Shown here in pieces: positions 1 to 11,158 of a stretch of DNA of 64,000 nucleotides. Both the position numbers and the translations under genes were made by a program. How positions within the stretch are numbered: the stretch's first letter is position 1; each line of letters starts with the position of its first letter. The stretch comes from Vulcanimicrobiota bacterium. Lineage in GTDB: Bacteria; Vulcanimicrobiota; Vulcanimicrobiia; Vulcanimicrobiales; Vulcanimicrobiaceae. The notes under the pieces are model-generated. The model was not told where the DNA came from. It saw nothing but the letters and a program-made list of their open reading frames with translations, and searched no databases. Where the stretch lies: assembly GCA_963714015.1 (NCBI GenBank), contig OY970223.1, positions 2,464,001 through 2,528,000 of the forward strand. Reading direction: 5' to 3'.

Positions 1-1152
1 AGCTCGGCACGCTTTCCAAAATGCTGGGACTGGCGACTGCAGCCGCAATTCTGTTTTACATGCTGCGCACCAAGCGCTTCGGCGAACCGCCGCGTTCGGC
101 TGCGTTTTGGATCCTCTACTATTTGTGGGCGACCGCTAGTGCGGGATGGGCGATCGATTCCCCCTCGGCGCTCACTCTGCTCCAAACGTCCTGGGCGCTG
201 CTGGGACTGTACTTAGTAATGACGATGTTTCGCATCGATCTTCCCCGGCTCAACATTGCCGTATGCGCGGTCTTCGGCGGCGGCCTTGCGGCCTCGCTTT
301 ACGGTCTTTACTTCTATCACGTCGCCGGATCCGAATTGAGCGCTTTCGGAGATCGGCTCTGGATTCAGACCGACACCACGCAGATCAATCCGGATCATTT
401 CGGTAATGCGCTGCTGCTTCCAATTGCCATTGCGCTCGTTGCCGCGCTTTGGGCGCGGACGTCACTGCTTCGGATTTTCGCCGGCGGATCGCTCTTGGTG
501 ATGCTCGCGGCTCTCGTGCTTACCGGTTCTCGCGGCGCAATGCTCGGCCTAGCTGGCAATCGTCGCTTTTCTGATTGTGCGCGACCGGAATCGCCTTCCG
601 CTCATGCTCGTGAGCGCCGCGGGTCTCCTGGGAGTGCTCGCCTTTACGGGCGGGTCGCTGCTGCAGCGCTTTTCGGAAAGTTTCGCGACGGGCGGAGCGG
701 GCCGCGTCTCGATCTGGCAGGCCGGTTGGCTCGCCTTTGAGGACAACTGGTTTTGGGGCGCCGGTTACGGTAATTTTCCCTTCGCCTACGATCGCGCGTA
801 CATTCACGTCTTCCAGCTGCTCAATGCGCAGTGGCATCGTGCTTCGCACAATATCTTGCTTGGCGCGGGCGTCGAACTCGGGGTCGTCGGTCTCGGTCTA
901 TTGATCGCGTCGTGGATCGGTACGTACAAATTGCTCTCGCCCATCGGTGAAGACGATCCGCGCTACCCAATCAAACTGGCGGTCCAAGCGGCCATCATCG
1001 GACTTTTCGTCGCCGGAATGTTCGCGGACATCATGATCACCAAATACGTCTGGCTTGCCTTCATTTTGGCTGCCCTGACGTACAATGCGGCGCCCGAGCG
1101 GCGACGCGCGCCCATTTACACTGCCGGCGCAGAGGCGGCAGCCCGTGCGTAA
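1..1152 (+). CDS. O-antigen ligase/Wzy polymerase family membrane protein (5' partial, one frameshift near 560)
   Basis: ORFs 21..740 and 577..1152 join into one multi-TM protein with NPDHFG, LTGSRGA, GAGRVSIWQAG, GAGYGNF and HRASHN motifs typical of Wzy_C. The frame is open back to the window start. Confidence 0.85.
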
Positions 1153-2353
1153 CGACTTCTTACCATATTGCCGTCCGGACGTCGGCCAGGCTGAGATCGC
1201 CGCTATCACGGAATGCATTTCGAACGGCTGGCTCACGACGGGACCCAAAGTTCAAGAATTCGAGCGGCGATTTGCTGCGGCGGCCGGCGTCAAGTATGCC
1301 GTTGCGGTGAACAGCTGCACTGCCGCGCTTCACATTGGTCTTCTGGCGGCCGGCGTTCAGCCCGGAGACGACGTCGTGATGCCGTCGTTGACGTTCGTTG
1401 CGGGAGCGCAATGCACGCTGGAGATCGGTGCCCGCCCCGTTTTTTGCGACGTCGACGAAAAGACGCTGACCGCAAACGTAGCGGAGTTTGAAGCGGCGCT
1501 CACGCCTCGGACGCGTGCGATCATCGCGATGCCCTATGCGGGGCGTCCGATGAACGTCGGGTCGCTCGTACGATTTGCGAACGAACGAGGAATCGCCGTA
1601 ATAGAAGACGCCGCGCACGCTGCGGGGACGCTCGACGCAGGCGAGTGGGCCGGCACGCGCAGCGCACTCGCCGCGTACAGCTTTTATGCAACGAAGAACT
1701 TGACGACCGCCGAAGGCGGCGTGTTGCTCACGAACGACGACGAAATCGCCGGTCGCGTACGGGCGCTTTCACTTCACGGCATGGACAAAGACGCCTGGAA
1801 ACGCTACACCGCTCGCGGCTCTTGGCGCTATGACGTCCGTGAGCCGGGCTTCAAGTACAACATGCCCGACATCGCGGCAGCGATGGGAATCGTGCAGCTC
1901 GCTCGCCTGGAGGCAATGCAATCGCGCCGCGACCAAATTGCGCTCCGATACTTGTCGGGTCTAGCCGATACGCCGGGCATTACGTGCCAAGCGTTGCCGT
2001 CCGCGCCTGGGGACCGCCACAGCTGGTGCATGTTCGTCATTATGGTACACGAAGACGAAGCCGGCATCGGACGAGACGAGCTGATCGAGCATTTGAAGGA
2101 ACGGAACATCGGTACGAGCGTGCATTATATTCCAACGCACCACTTCTCGGCGTATCGATCGATCTGCGAGCAGCCCCTCCCGGTAACGGATCGGGTCAGC
2201 CGCGAAATCATTTCTTTACCGTTGTATCCGTCGATGTCGGATGCCGACGTCGAGGATGTGATCGATGCAGTAAATACCTGCATTTTCAGCGGGAAGCAGA
2301 CTAGCGACATGCTCGCCAGCCTAGACACGCGAACGACCCATTGCATGGGATGA
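1145..2353 (+). CDS. DegT/DnrJ/EryC1/StrS PLP-dependent sugar aminotransferase (PglE/ArnB-like)
   Basis: Motifs WLTTGP, NSCTAALH, IEDAAHA, SFYATKNLTTAEGG (PLP Lys) and LPLYP. GTG at 1145 overlaps the upstream stop. Confidence 0.92.
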   Translation: MRNDFLPYCRPDVGQAEIAAITECISNGWLTTGPKVQEFERRFAAAAGVKYAVAVNSCTAALHIGLLAAGVQPGDDVVMPSLTFVAGAQCTLEIGARPVFCDVDEKTLTANVAEFEAALTPRTRAIIAMPYAGRPMNVGSLVRFANERGIAVIEDAAHAAGTLDAGEWAGTRSALAAYSFYATKNLTTAEGGVLLTNDDEIAGRVRALSLHGMDKDAWKRYTARGSWRYDVREPGFKYNMPDIAAAMGIVQLARLEAMQSRRDQIALRYLSGLADTPGITCQALPSAPGDRHSWCMFVIMVHEDEAGIGRDELIEHLKERNIGTSVHYIPTHHFSAYRSICEQPLPVTDRVSREIISLPLYPSMSDADVEDVIDAVNTCIFSGKQTSDMLASLDTRTTHCMG

Positions 2354-2417
2354 CGCGCTCACTCCCCTGTGGTATGGTGGCGCTGTAGCTCGCACGCCAC
2401 AAAAATGGGGAGGATTT

Positions 2418-4221
2418 ATGTATTACGTGCGCGCCGCAGCACTGCTTGCAGTGCTGGGGTCAATCATTGCTTTCACGGGGTGCAGCGGAGGATCGGGCGT
2501 TACGCCCGGCACGCTGCCCGCGGCGCCGGTCAATCAGAATCCGGCGGTACATCCAAGCAGTTTCGCAATAGAACCATCTCAGAGCAGCCTTTCTTTAGTA
2601 GAAGGGCCGATCGTGCTATTGCAGCCGAACAACGGATTTCAAATCAATGCCGGCGGAGCACATCGGTCACATCGACGTTGCCCGAACGCACAGACGCACG
2701 AGTTCTATGGCGGCTTGACGCCGAAGGTCGGCGAATATGCGGTGCTCGTGACGAGCAGCCCGCTGAATGGAAAGTACCTTACGCCGTTACGCGGTCTCGC
2801 TGTACTCTTCGAGCTCCGCCGTCGGGAACACTCACGGGCACCGTTGAGAGCTCGCAATCGTACGGCGTCGCGATCAGACTCGATTCAAACGGCTCATACG
2901 TTGCGGTCGGCATCAGCTCCTCGACGACAAATCTCCGGATCGATTTCGGTCGGACCGCACATCAACTCGAGCGGGTATGGGAGCGCCGCGACCGCAAGCT
3001 ATCCGAGCAGCATCACCGGGCGGGGTCGGTGGAACGCCTACACCCGCGCCTACGTCCACGCCGCAAGGGCGGCGTGCCGCAGCACCTTATCACTGCCGAT
3101 TATTTCGAGGGTGATGTTTGGGACGACCAAGGTTTCGCCGTCGCAAGCGGCTCCGTATCTGACGTGGGCCCAGACTGCGGCGAATGATGCTTCGGGGATT
3201 AAGGCCGCCGGCATTCACACGCAGATCTACGTCGATCCGAACCGCGTGGGAACAACGGATCCGCTTTACGGGTACATGAGCGAATCGGATTTCGCGCACA
3301 CTTGCTCCAACAGCCGCATTACGATTGGCGGATCGCAGTACATCACCAATTTCGGATATAGCGGCATGGCGCAAGTCGTGAACGAATATCTTACTTCCAA
3401 AGAGGAACAGGGGCCCATCGACAACGTGTTCATCGACAACGGCGGCGCGCTGTCGGCCTACGACGAGTATTCGAAAATAACGCCAAGTATGCCGTGCGGC
3501 TACTCCGATCGCCGAATGGACGCAATACGAACTTACGGCGTACCAATCGTTCAACAGACCGCTCATCGTCAACGGGCTGGAAGCCTTCACTGCGAGCGGC
3601 GGACTTTCGCCGGTGCTCTCACTCTTAGCGGACAGCAACGTCCAAGGCGGGGATTTGGAGGGATGCTACTCCGACGAGCAGCATGCGATAGAAGGCCAGG
3701 GCGCCTGGCCGCTCATCGAAAATACCGAGATCACCGTCAACAACGAAAACAAGACGTTCGAATGTATGGCGCGCGATCAGTCACCCGCGGACGAGTCATA
3801 CCCGGAACGCATCTTCAATCTGGCTTCGTTCTTGCTGACGTACAATCCAAACTACTCGATCTTTGCCGAAGAGTACGCTACGCCGGACGACTTCCACGTT
3901 TTCCCGGAAAGCGGCCTGGTCGCACTCAGTCCCGTCGTGGCCGAGCCGACCGATGTGCAAGGTGTCACAGCGCTGCGCACGTCGACCGGCGTCTATGGCC
4001 GTCAATACAATGCGTGCTATCTGCGCGGCGTCTCGGTAGGACCTTGCGCCGTAGCGATTTCGCGTGACTACGGCGCTCCGCACAGCTGGCCGTATTCCGG
4101 ATACGGGCACACGTTGACGCTTAGCGGAAACGGCGTCCTGGATGGAGGCACCGTCAGCGTGAACGGGCCCGCACCACCGTCGGTGATGCAGCCCTACACC
4201 GCCGTCATCGCCTTCAAGTAA
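2418..4221 (+). CDS. Secreted lipoprotein, paralog 1: OB-fold-like N-terminal repeats plus putative glycoside-hydrolase-like domain (several frameshifts)
   Basis: Lipobox AFTGC. ORFs 2418..4067 and 3613..4221 share YLTWAQT, YVDPNR, FIDN, GGDLEGCY, ENTE, ASFLLTY and HVFPES with the ORFs at 5244-7342 and 7465-8647. Confidence 0.7.
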
Positions 4222-4239
4222 CAAGAACCGGAGCGCTGA

Positions 4240-4269
4240 AAAGAGCGTGCCGCATGCGGCACGCTCTTT
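4240..4269. terminator. Bidirectional intrinsic terminator (perfect 30-bp palindrome)
   Basis: AAAGAGCGTGCCGCATGCGGCACGCTCTTT lies between two convergent genes. Confidence 0.85.
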
Positions 4270-4304
4270 GTGTCTATCCACGCTTGGGTGTCGATAGTGC
4301 TTAC

Positions 4305-4944
4305 TTAAACGAGGCCCATTTTTATGGCGTGTACGGCTGCTTGCGTACGCGCGTAAATGTTGAGCTTGGAGAATATCCGGCTGACGTGGTTTTTTATCGT
4401 CTTTTCGGAGAGATTCAGCCGCGCTGCTGATTTCCTTGTTCGAAAGTCCTTCGGCAATGAGCCGGATGACTTCCGTTTCGCGGACTGAGAGTTCGTTGAT
4501 GTCCGGCCGTCCGTTGCTCATGCTGCGCCGCCGCAGCAGGCCGCCGGCCACGCGCGGATCGACGTACGTGTCGCCGGAGGCAACCATTTTGACGGCGCGG
4601 ATGAGTTCTGCGGGCGTAATGTCCTTGATGATGTAGCCGTCGGCACCTGCGGCAAGGCAGCATTGCATCATCTCGGCTTGCGGCCGCATGGAAAGGACGC
4701 AGACGCGCGCTTGGGGCGCGGCTTCACGGCACGCGGCCAGCGCTTCGCCTAGTTCGACGGCCCCCCCGTCGACGTCGAGAAGAATCAGGTCCGGCTTGGC
4801 TTTGGCAAGCGCGGCGGTGTAAACCGTTTCGGAATCGCCGACGATTTGCAGAGTCGGGTCCATCGAGAAAACCTGGCAGAGCGCTTTCCCAAAGAGAACC
4901 TGCCCCTCAATCACGTAAATGCGTGCGGTATCAGTGCTAATCAC
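4305..4944 (-). CDS. NarL/LuxR (DevR-like) response regulator (one frameshift near 4420)
   Basis: REC domain (PDLILLD, GYIIKD) followed by LSVRETEVIRLIAEGLSNKEI. The shifted frame continues LSEKTIKNHVSRIFSKLNIYARTQAAVHAIKMGLV* to 4305. GTG at 4944 has a GAAGGG SD. Confidence 0.9.
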
Positions 4945-5043
4945 GTTGTTCCCTTCGCCTGAAACAGTGTGAGCTAGGTTGTTCACGATGGGCTCGTCGT
5001 GGGCAGTACGCCGAGTCTATCGGTGCAAGCATCCTTCCCAAAA

Positions 5044-5183
5044 TTCAGGACCAATCACGCGTTGCTTCCCAAAAGGATGAGTTTGGGTACCCAATGGTCC
5101 CTGACTCGCTTGGGTCGCAAGTCCCGAAAACAAACGTTTTGGAGCACCGCTGGTTGCGTTGAGCCCAGGACTAAAATCATTAA
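5044..5183. promoter_or_regulatory. Cluster of DosR/DevR-like boxes in a divergent promoter
   Basis: CTTGGGTCGCAAGTCCCGAA (5109-5128) matches the consensus TTSGGGACTWWAGTCCCSAA at 15/20. Partial sites occur at about 5044, 5085-5104 and 5164-5183. Confidence 0.5.
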
Positions 5184-5243
5184 CGGAACGATCCGATACC
5201 GTTAGTGTCGAGCCTCCCTTCCTGTACGTGAAGGGTACCCTAA

Positions 5244-7342
5244 ATGAAATTCTGTTCACCGCAGCGCCGCTTGTTGAGTCTTACGGCCCTTGCTTTTGTC
5301 AGTGCGCTTACAGCATGCGGCGGCGGCGGAGGCGGAGGCGCATTGCCGGCCGCAACTCCGACGAAGGCGCCGGCTCAGCCGTTCCAGATAATTTCCCAGA
5401 ACGGAAACTCGGTTACCGCTTACCGGCATCGTGCCGGGATGATCGCCGGCGGTTTTCAGATTCAGGGCGGACAAGGTCTCGGCTATCTTCACATTTACGT
5501 GAACTCGTCAACCGATCATCGTCGGTCCGGCGCCGTATGTCGGCGAAAACGTCGAAGTAACGTCGGTACCGGATCTCTCAGACGTCGGCAAACATTACTG
5601 CGGTAAACGTCACGTCAGATTGCCTCGCACGTCCGCTCCCGAGCGCGTCGCCCACGCCTCAACGCCTCGCCGCAGCCGGCAGGCACCCGATACCAGTGCC
5701 GAGCGGACGTCGTCTCTGCCGGCGGCCCCGTCAGCAATCCCGGGTTCCGGAATATTCACGATCAATGCCGGCCGCAATTACGGCTCAATGCACATCTACA
5801 CGAACGGCTCTACGAACTTCGCCGGCGGTTCGCCGCAGAATGGACTATATGCGCTCGTTGTCGGGACCGGCCAACTTGGTTATTCACTCAATGCGGTCCA
5901 AGTGTCGATGTTTAGCGCGGCACCCGGTTCCGTTTCCGTTCAGGGCACTGTTTCCGCCGCCACGAGCTATGGATTCTCGCTGAACACGCCATCCGCTCAA
6001 ATACCGATCGTCTTGACGTCTTCAACGGTCGTGGGCGGCGCGCCGCTTACGGTCGGTTCGACCGTAACCGTCAGTGGAACCGGCTCGGCTTCCGTCGCGG
6101 TGCTCGCGGTACAGATCGTCGTTGCAGAACCGACTCCCAATCCGAGCTCCTCTCCTACACCAACTCCCGGTCCCATCGCCATGACGCACGTTCCGACGGC
6201 CGACTATCTCGGCGGTGATTTCGGTAAGACGCACTGGGCGCCGGGGCAATGGGGCGCCGGCAGCGCCGTATTTGACGTGGGCTCAAACGAACGCCGCGGA
6301 TTCGCTTACGATTTCGTCGTTCGGAATCAAGACGCAAGATTACGTCGATCCGAATCGCGTGGCGGTCGGCGATCCGATGTGGGGATACATCTACAACAAC
6401 GAAAACTCGTTCGCGCACACCTGCAGCGGTCTCGCGTGTCATGATGGGTAGCGCAGTACGTAACCGATCCGACGAACGGCACGCTCGAAAGCGAATTCAC
6501 GAACTACGTTACGAACGAATCCGCGGCGGGCCGCTTCAACATGATCTTCGAGGACAACGCAGGACCTCTCGGCGCGTATACGCCGTATGTGACCTTCACG
6601 CCGGGACTTCCGTGCCAGTACTCGGGCGGGAACGGTGACGCCCAATGGACGGCCGGAGAAGAAGCGCTGAACCAGGCGTCTTCTATACCGATTATGGTGA
6701 ACGGACTAGAGAGCCCGTACAACGGCGGGCCCGGGCCTTGTTCTTAACGTACTCTCCGGGAGCTCCAACACCGTGGGCGGCGACTTCGAGCATTGCTACT
6801 CCGACCAGTCACAGCCGAAAACGACGGGCGCGGAATGGAATATATCGGAGAATACCGAGCTCGTCGTCAACAACGAGAATAAGCTCTTCCAATGCATGCT
6901 GCGCAATCTCAACGACGGCGCGGCATCGATCGACGCGAGGATCTACGCCTACGCCTCTTTCTTAATGACGTACTCTGCGCAGAACGACATCTATTGGGAG
7001 GAGTTCGCGACACCCAGTGGTCTGCACGTCTTCCCGGAATCGCAGCTCGTCGCACTCAATCCCAAGGTCGCCGAACCGACCGACGTCAGCGCGCTGCAGC
7101 AGACGGGTGGAACCTACGGCCGTGAATACCAGGATTGCTACATTGCCGGAAACTTCGCCGGGCCGTGCGCAGTCGTGGTCAATCCGGACAATAACTCCGC
7201 GCACACCTTTCCGTTCCCGCAATACCAGCACACGCTGGTGCTGAGCGGCGAGGGCGTGCTGGACGGCGGGACGATGGCAACCAATGGCCCGCCTCCGCCG
7301 GCGTCGTTACCGTCGGGCGAGGCAGCAATCGTCTTCCCGTAG
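5244..7342 (+). CDS. Secreted lipoprotein, paralog 2: DUF5666/OB-like repeats, Pro/Thr linker, putative glycoside-hydrolase-like domain (several frameshifts)
   Basis: Lipobox ALTACGGGGG. Pieces 5244, 5620, 6215, 6541 and 6773..7342 carry the shared motifs (YLTWAQT, YVDPNR, FEDN, GGDFEHCY, HVFPES, GVLDGG). Confidence 0.72.
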
Positions 7343-7365
7343 CCGGTCAGCATGTGAGCACCACG

Positions 7366-7396
7366 AGGACCCGCGGCACCCGCCGCGGGTCCTTTC
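7366..7396 (+). terminator. Intrinsic terminator
   Basis: AGGACCCGCGGC-accc-GCCGCGGGTCCT followed by a short T run, just after the stop at 7342. Confidence 0.7.
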
Positions 7397-7464
7397 GTTG
7401 CGCCTGACTGGGGACGCGCTGCCCGCTGACAAGGACACGGGTTTTTGGGGTTTCATGAGCAAGG

Positions 7465-8647
7465 ATGAAGCATCGACGTCCGCATGCGCGCTGCTTGTTC
7501 TCGGCCGCTCGCGCTGCTTGGAGCGGCTCCAGCCCACGTTCAGACAGCCGACTACTGGGGCGGATACGCCGGCACGCACAAAGTCCCGGCCGCTCCAGCG
7601 GCCCGCTCGGCTTGACGTGGGCAGAAACGAGTCCGGCCGATTCCGCGACGCTGGCGCAGTTTAGGCGTCAAGACGATTCTCTACAGCAATCCGAACCGCA
7701 TCGAACCCGGCGACACGATGTACTCGATCGGGACGACGTGTTTACGCGCACACATGCGACGGCGTCCGCGTCACAACGCACAGCGAGTGCGCATGACGGA
7801 TCCGACGTCGCCGTCCCTCCTTGCACGATTGGAAGTCGTACGTTCAAAGTCACACGAGCGAGGGCACGTACACGGCGGTCTTTGAAGACGAAGCGGTCGG
7901 AACCGCCTATTCCGCGCAAGCAGCCCTGCGGGTATTCGCTGGACAAATGGATTAGCGGCGAAATCGCAGCTCCAGCGGCGCTCGGTTTTCCCGTGATCTA
8001 CAACGCGCTTTCGGACATGTCCGACCACGACGTCGCGCCAGGAGATCGCGCTCAACCGCACCGCGATCGGCGGCATGATGGAGCAGTGTTACGCGCAGTC
8101 CGCGCCGGATACGCGCTCGTCCGGCTGGCGCTGGACGGCAACCGAAAACACCGAGCTGCGGATGGACGCGCGAAAGGAAATACTTCTTCTGCTACGGCAA
8201 CGATCTGACGCCGGCGGATCGGGCGCTAGAGTCGCGGCGAATACGTCTACGCATCATTTCTGCTTGACTTACGATCCGGCGACCAGCGTGCTTTGGGAAT
8301 ACTACGGCACGCCGTCAGGCGGACACGTCATGCCCGAATCGCAGCTCGTTCCGCTCGATCCCGTTCGTTCATCGGTTGCGATCCGTAGACGATCTTCGAT
8401 CGCCCAGCGGCGTCTACATGCGCGAGTATCGCCGCTGCTTCATCGGCTCCCGTCCCGCCGGACCGTGCATCGTTGCGGTGAATCCTGACGCCGACGCATC
8501 GCATGAAGTCGATCTCTCGACGCTGGCGCCGCGCTGCTCGTGCTTCGCGGTTCGGGCGCCTTCGACGGCGGCAGCATTGCCGTACAAAGCACGTCACAAT
8601 GCCGCGCCTCGCTCGCACCGATGCAGGCAGTAATCGCCTTCCGCTGA
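7465..8647 (+). CDS. Paralog 3 of the putative glycoside-hydrolase-like family, without N-terminal repeats (heavily frameshifted)
   Basis: Fragments read LTWAET, FEDE, PCGY, VIYNAL, GGMMEQCY, ENTEL, LTYDP, GHVMPESQLV and GPCIVAVNPD, and end MQAVIAFR* at 8647. Confidence 0.62.
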
Positions 8648-8649
8648 CG

Positions 8650-9838
8650 ATGCGCGTTCTGGCTCTGCTTCGGGATTTTCCATCCGATGCAAATCCGCAA
8701 GCCGGCATCTTCATGCTGCGCCGTCTTCAGGCCGTTGCGCGTTTCGGGACACAGCGTTGAGGTCGTGCGCATCGTTCCCTATGCGCCGCCGCTCGGCGCA
8801 AAATGGGCATCGTATCGCTCCACTCCGGACGAAGAGATCGTCGAGGGCATTCCGGTCCGGGCCATTCGCGCGATCGTCCCGCCCCGTCTGATCGCAATGG
8901 AGACGATCGCCGCCCAAGTGCAGGAACGCTTGTCGCGCGAGATCGAGCGCTTCGGCGCCGACGTGCTGCATGCGAGTTTCCTGATTCCGTGCGGCCACGC
9001 GGCCGTAAGGCAAGCGGTGCCCACAGTGGTCACAGCGCACGGCGTCGACACCTACGGCTGGCCCTTTCGTCGCGCCGGGTTGCAGCGCGCGGCGCGAGAA
9101 GCCCTGCTCAAAGCAACTCGTTTGAGCGCTGTAAGCGGTTTTCTGGCTCGAACGATGCAGCAGCTGGCTCCGCGCGACGTGCGCGTGATTTGGAACGGCG
9201 CCGACGAGCGGCTCTTCCAGCCGTACGATCGTGGCGCTGCGCGCGACGCGCTCGGCCTTCCACGAGATCGGTTCGTCGTCGCGTATGCCGGAAATCTGCT
9301 GCGCGCAAAGGGCGTCTTCGAGCTGATTGAGGCCGCGAGGCAGATCCGGGATCGGAGGCCGCTGCTCTGCTTTGCCGGAGCCGGCGGCGACGAAGAGCAG
9401 CTGCGCGCCGCTGCTTTGAAACTGCAGGTCGATGCGCGATTTTTAGGGCGTCGCCCGCATTCAGAGGTCGCAACGGTTATGGCTGCGTGCGACGTCTTCG
9501 CTCTGCCGAGCTACTACGAGGGGCTGCCCAACGTCGTCTGTGAAGCGATGCTGTCCGCTCGCGCAGTCGTTGCTTCGACTGCGGGCGGCATTCCGGAGAT
9601 CGTGGAGCACGGCGTGACGGGGCTGCTCGTACCTCCTCGCGATGCGATGGCGCTCTCCCGCGCACTCGCCGATCTCGCCGGCGACGTGCAGCGGCGCGAG
9701 TTGTTCGGACGCGAAGCCCACAACTTTGCGACGCGTCATTTGACCTGGGCTGCCGCTTCGCGCAAGTACGAGTCGCTTTACGAAGAGGCGATCGCGGCCG
9801 GCACATCCACCGTGCGGCAGGCGCAAGAGGTCCGGTAA
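8650..9838 (+). CDS. Glycosyltransferase family 4 (TuaC-like; frameshift near 8745)
   Basis: N-terminus MRVLALLRDFP joins ORF 8687..9838, which has VVTAHG, KGVFEL and PSYYEGLPNVVCEAM (EX7E). Confidence 0.9.
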
Positions 9839-11158
9839 TGAGCGGCGCGCCGATCGTCGAGTTCGTCAATCATTCGTCCTTCGTCCTAGAGTACGGCGGC
9901 GAACGGCTGATCTGCGATCCGTGGCTCACCGGCACCGCATTCAATCGAGGCTGGCGCCTGCTCTCGACCTCGACTTTTGCTGCGGAAGATTTTTCGACGA
10001 TCACGAAAATATGGTTTTCCCACCAGCATCCCGATCATTTCAGCCCCGGCGACCTGCGCCGCATTCCGCCGGAGATCCGAGCAAAGATCGGCATCCTTTA
10101 TCAGCGTACGCTCGACAAGAAGGTAGTACGTTACTGCGCGGGTCTGAAGTTCGCGAGCACTACCGAGCTTGCACCGCACCGGCCGCTCACGATTGCGGAC
10201 GGCTTCTCGGTGGAATGCAACCCATGGCCGGATCGCGACTCTTGGCTCGTGCTGCGCGCCGGAGATTTCACCGTTCTCAACATGAACGACTGCGTCGTGG
10301 AAGATGTCGAACAAGCGCGCCGCATCGCTCGGATCGTTGGGCCGGTAGACGTGCTTTTCACGCAGTTCTCATATGCGAATTGGGCCGGCAACCCCGGTGA
10401 TACCGAAGCGCACACGCGAGAGGCCCGGCGCAAGCTCGATCAGATCCGCCTGCAGGTCGAGCATTTCAGGCCAAAGTACGTGGTTCCGTTCGCCAGCTTC
10501 GTTTGGTTTTCGCACGAGGAGAACTTCTTCCACAATGCCGGTATGAACCAGGTGGGCGACATTGCCGCGTTTATAGAGCGGGAACTGCAATGCAAAGCAA
10601 TAGTGCTCTATCCGGCGGACCGTTGGCAGGTTGGAGCAGCTCACGATTCGACGATTGCCGTAGAACATTACGCTGCCGACTTCGATCGCGTGCTGGCGCG
10701 CGGGCCGGCGGACAAGGCGCCTTCGGTAGCGCTCGAGCGCATCGAGACCGCTATGAACGGCTATCTGTCGCGAATTAGACGCCGTAATCCGGTAATCGGC
10801 TACATTCCCCGTCTGCGAACGTCGGCGCTGCTGACCGACTACGGCCGCGCATTTGAATTCACGCTCCGGGGAATGCGCGAGATTTCTTCATCGAGCACCG
10901 TTGATTTGCACCTAAGTTCCGACAGACTTGCACTTCGTATTGAAAGCGCCTTGGGGTGTAAACGCCCTCTCCGTCAACGGACGGTTCGTCGTCCCAGACG
11001 GCGGCGATCGAGGGCGCTTCTTCCGCTTTTTCCGGGCCGGCGACTACAACGACCTCGGTTATACGTTCGACTATCGCTGGGCAGCGGGCCAGATCGCCAA
11101 AGCAGCGTCGCGGCGCTTGCGGAACGTCGCCGCTCCGGCAATCCACCCTAGCCCATAG
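9838..11158 (+). CDS. MBL-fold metalloenzyme, CMP-Neu5Ac hydroxylase/UlaG-like (frameshift near 10920)
   Basis: Motifs VNHSSF, DPWLTGTAFNRGW, SHQHPDHF, NMNDC and VPFAS. The C-terminus continues in ORF 10928..11158. Confidence 0.8.

Noticed and set aside
3796..4304. Long C-terminal extension of the response regulator in the ORF track
   Set aside because: It is an artefact of the frameshift near 4420. The real HTH ends at 4305 and a terminator follows.
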